DNA from: a virus
Taxonomy: Duplodnaviria > Caudoviricetes
Length of the DNA: 64,000 nucleotides
Virus record (IMG/VR): IMGVR_UViG_3300044846_003573
Strand: one strand, 5' to 3'
In this document: one piece after another, positions 57,038 to 64,000 of the stretch
Numbering within the stretch: position 1 is the stretch's first letter
Layout of the letters: each line of letters starts with the position of its first letter
The notes under the pieces: generated by a model
What the model was told of the DNA's origin: nothing
Databases searched by the model: none
What the model saw: only the letters and a program-made list of their open reading frames with translations
Program-made: the position numbers and the translations under genes

Positions 57038-59818
57038 ATGATATCAAACGAAGAAATTGAACAGTTCCTTCAAGGGAACGATGACGAAAAATATATCGTC
57101 AGTGTAGAATACGATTACGTCAAAGATTGTGTTTGGAAAATTTTAGAACACCCAATTCACGGAAAACAAATTAAAAAAGATACTTTCATCCCATTTGCTT
57201 GGGTAGGTGACTTACGTGGATTAAACTTCTATAAATCCTCAAAGGCATTACAAAAAGAGGCGATGACAAAACATAAAATTGTCATTGAAAAATTAAGAAC
57301 TGATGGTAACGAAAGATTAGAGAAAGGTTTAACTTTTATGGTTAAATCATTGAACGGTTATCGTTCACTTATTCAGTTTTTTAGAGATGGTGGTGTTGAC
57401 CCGTGGGGTGAGACTACAAAAGGTTTAGTTTTAATATTACCTCCAGTTGAACAATTTTTGGTTACAAAAGAAAAACGTTTATTCAAAGGATTTGATGATT
57501 ACAATAGTATCACAAGATTTGTATTTGACTTAGAGACAACCGCATTAGAACCAAAGGATGGTCGTATCTTTATGATAGGAATGAAAACCAATAAAGGTTT
57601 TAGTCAAGTAATTGAATGTTCAACTGAAGAACAAGAAAGAGAAGGTATTATCAAATTCTTTGATACTATAGATGAACTTAAACCAAGTATTATTGCGTCT
57701 TACAACGGGTTTAACTTTGACTGGTTTTGGATATTTGAAAGAGCCAAAGCTTTAAAATTAGATATTAAGAAAATTGCTAAGACATTAAATCCAATCAACC
57801 CAATCAAACAATCTGAAAGTATGTTGAAGTTGGCAAATGAGGTTGAGAGATTCAATCAGACATCTATGTGGGGTTATAATGTGGTGGATACGTTACACGC
57901 AGTTAGAAGAGCTCAAGCAATCAATTCATCCATCAAATCTGCAGGTTTGAAGTATATTACTCAATACATTAAGGCGGAAGCACCTGACCGTGTTTATATT
58001 GACCACACAGATATCGGGCCGTTCTACGCAAAGAAAGAAGAGTTTTGGTTAAACATTCAAAACGGAAAATATAAGAAAGTAGGTGTTGACCCAAAGATTG
58101 ATGACGCTTGTTCTAAACATTCAAATGTTTATATTAAAACAACAGGTGATGATTTGGTTGAACGATATCTTGACGATGACTTGGAGGAAACTCTAACAGT
58201 TGATGAAGAATTCAATCAGGGGTCATTCCTACTTGCTTCGTTGGTTCCAACAACATATGAAAGAGTTTCAACGATGGGAACCGCAACATTATGGGAAATC
58301 CAAATGAGAGCATGGTCATATAAGAACATGTTGGCAATTCCTAAAAAGAATGAAAAGACAGAATTTGTTGGTGGATTATCACGATTACTTAAAGTAGGAT
58401 ATTCAACAGATGTATTGAAACTTGACTTTTCGTCACTTTATCCTTCAATACAACTTGTCCACGATGTATTCCCAACTTGTGATATTACAGGGGCAATGAA
58501 AGGAATGTTAAATTACTTCCGCAATACTCGTATCAAGTATAAAAACTTAGCAAAAGAATATCAGGATATAGATAAAAAACAAGCAACATCTTACGACAGA
58601 AAACAATTACCAATTAAGATTTTCATCAACTCAATGTTCGGGGCGTTATCCGCCCCACAAGTGTATCATTGGGGTGACATGTATATGGGTGAACAGATTA
58701 CCTGTACAGGAAGACAATATCTTCGTCAGATGTTACGTTTCTTTATGAAGAGAGGTTACACCCCACTTGTATGTGATACGGATGGTATGAACTTCTCATT
58801 ACCTGAAGGTGGTGTGGATGATAGAAGATACATCGGTAAGGGTAAGAATTGGTTAGTTAAAGAAGGTAAGGAATACAAAGGTTACGATGCGGATGTTGCA
58901 GAGTTTAATGACACCTTTATGAAAGGTGCAATGGGTCTTGATTGTGATGGAACTTGGAAATCTTGTATGAATATTGCTCGTAAGAACTACGCAACAATGG
59001 AACATAATGGTAAGATTAAACTTACAGGTAACTCAATCAAGAGTAAGAAACTACCACTTTACATTGAGGACTTTTTGGATAACGGTATTAAGATGTTGTT
59101 AGAAGGTAATGGACAGGCATTTGTTGAGTGGTATTATGAATATTTGGAAGTAATCTTTAACCAACAAATTCCTTTAATGAAGATTGCTCAAAGAGCAAAA
59201 GTGAAACTATCTATTGACGATTATAAGAAACGTTCAAGCCAAAAAACAAAAGCGGGTAATATGATGTCAATGATGGCACATATGGAATTGGCAATTAGAG
59301 ATGGTATCGCGGTTAGTTTAGGTGATGTAATATTCTATGTAAATAATGGAATTAAAGCTTCACACGGGGATGTTCAGAAGGTAAATGAAAAAATGAGTAA
59401 GAAAGAAAAAGAACAGTATAGTTTATTTCATGGTAAAGAACCTGTGTTAGGTTCACACGTCCAACTTAATTGTTATCGTATTGACCCCTCAGATTTAGAG
59501 AATAACCCTACTATGACAGGTGAATATAATGTTGCGAGAGCAATTGTTACCTTTAACAAAAGAATTGAACCTTTGTTAATTGTGTTTAATGAAGAAGTTA
59601 GAAATAATCTAATTGTTACCGACCCTAAAGACAGAGGTTTGTTTACCAAAGAACAATGTAGATTAACAAATGGTATTCCTTTTGAATCTGGTGACCAAGA
59701 TAGTATTGAAGATTTGTTAACTATTACAGACCAAGAAATGGTATATTGGGGCAAACGAGGAATTGACCCTGAATATATTTACAATTTAGCTGAAGAAGGG
59801 TGGGAGGAAATGGTATAA
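57038..59818 (+). CDS. polB: family B DNA polymerase
   Basis: Exo DLETT, YNGFNFD, YLDDD; Pol LDFSSLYPS, KIFINSMFG, CDTDG, RKNYA. Confidence 0.96.
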   Translation: MISNEEIEQFLQGNDDEKYIVSVEYDYVKDCVWKILEHPIHGKQIKKDTFIPFAWVGDLRGLNFYKSSKALQKEAMTKHKIVIEKLRTDGNERLEKGLTFMVKSLNGYRSLIQFFRDGGVDPWGETTKGLVLILPPVEQFLVTKEKRLFKGFDDYNSITRFVFDLETTALEPKDGRIFMIGMKTNKGFSQVIECSTEEQEREGIIKFFDTIDELKPSIIASYNGFNFDWFWIFERAKALKLDIKKIAKTLNPINPIKQSESMLKLANEVERFNQTSMWGYNVVDTLHAVRRAQAINSSIKSAGLKYITQYIKAEAPDRVYIDHTDIGPFYAKKEEFWLNIQNGKYKKVGVDPKIDDACSKHSNVYIKTTGDDLVERYLDDDLEETLTVDEEFNQGSFLLASLVPTTYERVSTMGTATLWEIQMRAWSYKNMLAIPKKNEKTEFVGGLSRLLKVGYSTDVLKLDFSSLYPSIQLVHDVFPTCDITGAMKGMLNYFRNTRIKYKNLAKEYQDIDKKQATSYDRKQLPIKIFINSMFGALSAPQVYHWGDMYMGEQITCTGRQYLRQMLRFFMKRGYTPLVCDTDGMNFSLPEGGVDDRRYIGKGKNWLVKEGKEYKGYDADVAEFNDTFMKGAMGLDCDGTWKSCMNIARKNYATMEHNGKIKLTGNSIKSKKLPLYIEDFLDNGIKMLLEGNGQAFVEWYYEYLEVIFNQQIPLMKIAQRAKVKLSIDDYKKRSSQKTKAGNMMSMMAHMELAIRDGIAVSLGDVIFYVNNGIKASHGDVQKVNEKMSKKEKEQYSLFHGKEPVLGSHVQLNCYRIDPSDLENNPTMTGEYNVARAIVTFNKRIEPLLIVFNEEVRNNLIVTDPKDRGLFTKEQCRLTNGIPFESGDQDSIEDLLTITDQEMVYWGKRGIDPEYIYNLAEEGWEEMV

Positions 59819-59820
59819 TG

Positions 59821-59859
59821 AAAAAAGGAATATGTTAAAAATACATATTCCTTTTTTTT
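59821..59859. terminator. bidirectional terminator between convergent genes
   Basis: A6-GGAATATGT ... ACATATTCC-T8. Confidence 0.85.
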
Positions 59860-60193
59860 ATGATTGTTTTAACCCGTCTGACGAAACTATAAACCACGAA
59901 CCAAATGCGTAATATAGTTCAACACAAGCACCTTTTTCAATATTAATTTCATTAAACTCCTCATCAATCAAACCCTCTATAGGTTTGATTTTTGTATTGG
60001 TAAGAGCTTTTACTATTACGTGGTCGGTATTACTATGATTTAAAATGATTTCAATTTCATCTAATTCTTTAGTAATTACAACACTTTCTCCTTCTGTCGT
60101 ATATTTTTCATCTGAAATCATACATACTTCAGAAGTTGTTAATACTTGGTTTCCGATAACTCTTCTCATCGGAATTGATTTTTGAATACTCAT
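59858..60193 (-). CDS. hypothetical protein (111 aa)
   Basis: Co-transcribed with the neck gene. Confidence 0.7.
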   Translation of the reverse strand: MSIQKSIPMRRVIGNQVLTTSEVCMISDEKYTTEGESVVITKELDEIEIILNHSNTDHVIVKALTNTKIKPIEGLIDEEFNEINIEKGACVELYYAFGSWFIVSSDGLKQS

Positions 60194-60197
60194 AAAA

Positions 60198-61328
60198 TTA
60201 TATTACATACAGATTTCTTGGGAACGCTCTAAACTTCATTTGTTTGTTTAGATTTTCAGCAATTAACGCTTCTCTCTCCATTATTTTTTCAGGACGTAAT
60301 CTTGTCAATCTTCCGTCTGCTCCGATTAATTCTTCAATTAATTTTAATTTTTCATCTTTACCCTCAGTTGCTAAAGTAGCATAATCCATAGTTAATTCTG
60401 AGTCAGGTGTTTTTAAATTACCTGAATACTTTCCTCTTACTTTTGATAATGTTTCTTTACATCCCGCAACAAAATATCTTCTAACCCATTGTTGAGCCGG
60501 TTCGTTTAAATCTGCCCATGAAATTGAGTTGAAAGGAACATCTGAGGGAAGTTTAATAATATCAGGGTTAGCAGCTAAACAAGCATCTCTATCCTCAGGG
60601 CCAACATCGTAATACCAATACCAAACTTGGTGATTTCTTAATGATGAATTACCAAAATCAAATTTACCACCAGGTGTTTGCATTAAATGAATTGCTTTTT
60701 TACCATTAGGTAATCCTGTAATTCTATAAGTTAAATCACCACCAATAATTCTTCTCTGAATATTAATTTCTTGCATTCTTAATAACATATCAAATGCTGG
60801 CATCATAAAATAACTTCCTGACATATAACCCATCTGAGCAAAACCAGTTCCACCACCAAGTCCTCCCCCCAAACCACCAAAACTGAATGGGTCAAATAAA
60901 ATATTATTTAGAGTTGCTGGTGTAAACCATAATAGTTCATTAATTTCACGACCTGCGGGTATTTCATAAATCTGTTGATTGGGTACTAATGTGATATAAT
61001 CTTTTTTAAGTTCCCAATCACCAAGTGGGTTAGATTGTAATCCCACTATTTTAGAGTATGCTTGAGCGTATCTATTTTCGTAATCTAAACTTTTTGTAAC
61101 AAATGCCCTTGATAAAGATTGAGTATCTAAATTTAAATTGTATAATGAAGTCCATTGTGATTCAATTAACCAATCTTGTACATATTGGGAATAATCCCCA
61201 ATTGCAAATTCTAAGATTGAGTCCATTTGTTCATCTTCTAATTCAATTGAACGAATTGGGGCTCCTAATACGTGTCTAACTTTTGTATATAGTTGACTTC
61301 TGTAAGGTTCTGCGATTATTGTATTCAT
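60198..61328 (-). CDS. gp13: neck/head-completion protein (T4 gp13-like)
   Basis: VRHVLGAPIRSIELEDEQMD...AIGDY; WVRRY...KETLSKVRGKYSG...L. Confidence 0.8.
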   Translation of the reverse strand: MNTIIAEPYRSQLYTKVRHVLGAPIRSIELEDEQMDSILEFAIGDYSQYVQDWLIESQWTSLYNLNLDTQSLSRAFVTKSLDYENRYAQAYSKIVGLQSNPLGDWELKKDYITLVPNQQIYEIPAGREINELLWFTPATLNNILFDPFSFGGLGGGLGGGTGFAQMGYMSGSYFMMPAFDMLLRMQEINIQRRIIGGDLTYRITGLPNGKKAIHLMQTPGGKFDFGNSSLRNHQVWYWYYDVGPEDRDACLAANPDIIKLPSDVPFNSISWADLNEPAQQWVRRYFVAGCKETLSKVRGKYSGNLKTPDSELTMDYATLATEGKDEKLKLIEELIGADGRLTRLRPEKIMEREALIAENLNKQMKFRAFPRNLYVI

Positions 61329-61344
61329 GAAGTGATATTTTTAT

Positions 61345-61351
61345 ATAAATA
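61345..61351 (-). promoter_or_regulatory. putative late promoter motif TATTTAT
   Basis: 16 nt upstream of ATG 61328. Confidence 0.55.
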
Positions 61352-62857
61352 TCAATTCAGAGTATAAATTAAATCTTGTGCCGGAATTTTAAACATGCTT
61401 GAACTAAAAGCTACCGTTTTGTTTTTAAAAATATAAACTTCTTTGTTAATATTTGAAAAAATTAATAAGTCGGTATTAAATTTTTTAACAAACCCTCTGA
61501 TTTTAATATGATAGAAACCCTCAATTACTTCCATACTTAAAATTGGTTTTACTTGAGCATTTTGTATTTTGTTATCAAAATTCACTGTTAAATCAGTACC
61601 CGCAAAATCTTCTTTTGAGCCAAGACTACCTACTACAATAGCAGTTCCTTCACCAAATTCTTGATTGATTTTTTTTGCAACATACTCCTCAAGTTGACCA
61701 CCTTTGTCATGTGTTCTATTTAAAAGTTTCATAATCTTATCAAGAGTTTTAGACCCTTTAAAAATTCTTTCACCAAAAAACTCCAAATAAGAACAAAATT
61801 TATTTATTTCTTCTACTTGTTGTGAAGGTGTTACCCCAATAAAATTTAATGTGGGTTTATTTAGTTTTGTAAGTACTGCGTTTAAATCATCAACTAAAAT
61901 TTTAAACCCAATATAATTTGTGTTTAATTTATTAATTACTGAACGACCTGGTTGTTCCAAGTCGTAGATACCTGAAGATGAACCTTCAGAGTATTGATTG
62001 TTTTCACTCCATTTATCAGATAAAACTCTTTTCAACGTATTGTCAATACATCTTCTATAAGTCCAAAGAACATTTTTGTTGTTACTAAAAATATCTGAAT
62101 AATCAGATACGTTTTCGTATAAAAGTTTTTTTTGTGAAGTTGACTCGTTCAATTTCTTTTCAGTTTTTGATTTGTATAACTCGTTAACAAATTCCCAATT
62201 AATTGCGTCCCAAAAATTTTCAATATATTCGTCTCTTTTGTTTTGGTATTTTAAATAATAAGCGTGTTCCCATAAATCTAAACCTAACAACGGAAAACCA
62301 CCCTTGTTTATTATATTCATAAGTGGATTATCCTGATTTGAAGTAGACATTACTTTTAATCTACCTGTATCGGTTAACACTAACCAACACCACCCCGAAC
62401 CAAATCTTTTTCTTGAAATTTCTTCAAATTTAGTTTTGAAGTTGCGATATGTTCCAAATTGTTTAACAATCTTTTCAAATACCTCACCACTTGGTTTTTG
62501 TGGTGTGGGTGATAACATCTTCCAAAATAATGCGTGGTTAAATGCTCCACCTGCATTATTTCTTATTGTTGTATTATACTTTGAAATTTGTTTAACAATA
62601 TTCTCCAATTCAACATCACCATAATCTTTTTTACGAAGAGCGGAATTTAATTTTTTAACATACCCTTTGTAATGTTTCTGATAATGAAACTTCATTGTTT
62701 CAGGGTCAATAAATCTTCTTAATGATGCGTAACCATATGGTAATTTATCAATACCTATGGTTTTCATTTCGTTAATAAAAAATTTGGTTTCAGGTTGAGT
62801 TTCTTCACCTAATATACGACTAACTAATGACTCTGATACTAAATTTAACGATTTCAT
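61352..62857 (-). CDS. sod: Fe/Mn superoxide dismutase fused to a C-terminal PD-(D/E)xK-like domain
   Basis: LPYGYASL, KHYKGYV, GGAFNHALFW, FGSGW, DLWEHAYY (four ligands); C-terminal G-x-x-x-E...GTD...QVK. Confidence 0.85.
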   Translation of the reverse strand: MKSLNLVSESLVSRILGEETQPETKFFINEMKTIGIDKLPYGYASLRRFIDPETMKFHYQKHYKGYVKKLNSALRKKDYGDVELENIVKQISKYNTTIRNNAGGAFNHALFWKMLSPTPQKPSGEVFEKIVKQFGTYRNFKTKFEEISRKRFGSGWCWLVLTDTGRLKVMSTSNQDNPLMNIINKGGFPLLGLDLWEHAYYLKYQNKRDEYIENFWDAINWEFVNELYKSKTEKKLNESTSQKKLLYENVSDYSDIFSNNKNVLWTYRRCIDNTLKRVLSDKWSENNQYSEGSSSGIYDLEQPGRSVINKLNTNYIGFKILVDDLNAVLTKLNKPTLNFIGVTPSQQVEEINKFCSYLEFFGERIFKGSKTLDKIMKLLNRTHDKGGQLEEYVAKKINQEFGEGTAIVVGSLGSKEDFAGTDLTVNFDNKIQNAQVKPILSMEVIEGFYHIKIRGFVKKFNTDLLIFSNINKEVYIFKNKTVAFSSSMFKIPAQDLIYTLN

Positions 62858-62862
62858 TAATT

Positions 62863-62869
62863 ATAAATA
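62863..62869 (-). promoter_or_regulatory. putative late promoter motif TATTTAT
   Basis: 5 nt upstream of ATG 62857. Confidence 0.5.
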
Positions 62870-62870
62870 C

Positions 62871-64000
62871 TTACTTACTATTGATTTCGTTAAGTATTTG
62901 TTCAACAATATCTACAGAATTTTCATCTATATCACCCATAACCGTACCAATAATCTGTTTCTTCTTTATAAGAATGTCGTAGATAACACCTTCAATCGTG
63001 TTTTCAAATAGTGGGTAGTATATTGAAACTGAATTTTTTTGTCCGTATCTGTACGCTCTGTCTTCAGCCTGACTATGTTCTGCGGGAACAAATGATAAGT
63101 CATTCATAATAACGGCTTCACCTGCCGTGAGTGTTAATCCAACCCCTGCGGCTTTCATGTTACCACAAAAAACTTGTATTTTATCACTCTCCTGAAACTT
63201 GTCAACGGCATCTTGTCTTGCAGGTTTTGATGTTGAGCCGTCTAAATAAACAGATTTTTTACCAAAATGTTCGTGTATCTTTTTAAGTGGTTCAGTAAAG
63301 TTACTGAAGATAATAACTTTCTTACCTTGCTCAATAATGTTCTCAGCAAGTTCAATAGTAATCGGTATTTTTTCTTCGGCGATAACTTGTCTTACTTTCA
63401 TCAATTTTGTAAACTGAACAGATAATGACTTTGATTCGTCTTGTCTGTTGTTATACCAATCATAATACTCACCCATCAACCCTTCGTATAATCTTGATTT
63501 TAAACGGAGGTAAACAGGTGTCATAATTTTTTCAGGTAAATCTAAAACTTCAGTTTTTAATCTTCTTAAAATTTGACGAGAAGTTCTTTCTCTTAACTCT
63601 TCTAAATTGGATGCCCCTGTTACATTCCAAATCTTTTTACCGCCAACTCTAAACTGATATCCACCACAATATCTAATTGCGTATGCTTGCCAATTTTGAC
63701 TTACAGGACTATCAATAAGTTTCAAAATATTATAATAATTCATAGGACGAGAAGTCATTGGTGTTCCCGTTAATAACCAAAGTTTTTTAATGTCCTTGGT
63801 TACATCCATAATAATCTTTGTTCTTTGAGCTTGAGCGTTTGAAACATAATGTGCTTCATCAATAACAACCAAATCAAATTTTGAATTAAGGATTATTGAG
63901 TTTAATTTATCTTTTGGGTCGTGGAAGTTTTTAAGTATGTCGTAATTAAGAATTACATAATCAGCTTGTTCATACTTCTTACCTTCACATATGTAAATTG
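62871..64000 (-). CDS. SNF2/HARP-like helicase, 5' end beyond the window
   Basis: Frame stays open to the window edge (IYICEGKK...NYDIL...VVIDEAH); LLTGTP, IIFS, LDGS, GVGLTL, QAEDRAYRYGQ. Confidence 0.92.
   Translation of the reverse strand, partial: IYICEGKKYEQADYVILNYDILKNFHDPKDKLNSIILNSKFDLVVIDEAHYVSNAQAQRTKIIMDVTKDIKKLWLLTGTPMTSRPMNYYNILKLIDSPVSQNWQAYAIRYCGGYQFRVGGKKIWNVTGASNLEELRERTSRQILRRLKTEVLDLPEKIMTPVYLRLKSRLYEGLMGEYYDWYNNRQDESKSLSVQFTKLMKVRQVIAEEKIPITIELAENIIEQGKKVIIFSNFTEPLKKIHEHFGKKSVYLDGSTSKPARQDAVDKFQESDKIQVFCGNMKAAGVGLTLTAGEAVIMNDLSFVPAEHSQAEDRAYRYGQKNSVSIYYPLFENTIEGVIYDILIKKKQIIGTVMGDIDENSVDIVEQILNEINSK

Noticed and set aside
57038-59818. Intein or intron in DNA polymerase (also checked TerL, MCP, ClpC)
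   Set aside because: Motif spacing is continuous; no intein splice-junction or LAGLIDADG motifs and no frame breaks were seen
1-64000. CRISPR array or mini-array
   Set aside because: No equally spaced 23-50-nt direct repeats with unique spacers were seen; all repeats found are in-frame coding repeats
1-64000. Stop-codon reassignment (code 4 or 15), as in some large phages
   Set aside because: Conserved genes are intact in code 11 and coding density is high; TAA dominates and TGA is used as a genuine stop with coupled starts

Overview
This 64-kb AT-rich window is part of a large dsDNA tailed phage genome with T4-like head genes. The host is very probably Bacteroidetes/Flavobacteria. Support comes from TTTG-N19-20-TAnnTTTG promoters, the lack of Shine-Dalgarno sites, an MLIIPV-type bS21 and a DUF4494-like gene. 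From left to right: tRNA-Arg(UCU), a holin-like GAF protein, a dual peptidoglycan hydrolase, tmRNA, M28 peptidase, N-domain-less ClpC, KTSC protein and nucleotidyltransferase (0-9.4 kb). The head module follows (TerL, portal, antisense bS21, prohead protease, scaffold, major capsid; 9.4-23 kb), then small putative internal head proteins, baseplate/spike genes and a gp55-like late sigma factor (23-32 kb). A ~19-kb nucleotide-sugar/glycosyltransferase operon (32.4-51.3 kb) is followed by a WYL protein, a LamG-like protein with a mucin-like Pro/Thr tract, family B DNA polymerase, neck protein, an SOD fused to a nuclease-like domain and a truncated SNF2 helicase. Best candidate for an undescribed system: virion glycosylation. 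A [S/T]-G-x-T motif occurs 27 times in four putative virion proteins but not in four large enzymes or the portal, in a genome carrying the glycosylation operon. The second candidate is a set of protease-processed capsid cargo (poly)proteins with IKKVLKE-like leaders. All family assignments come from motif recognition by eye; no database search was run.
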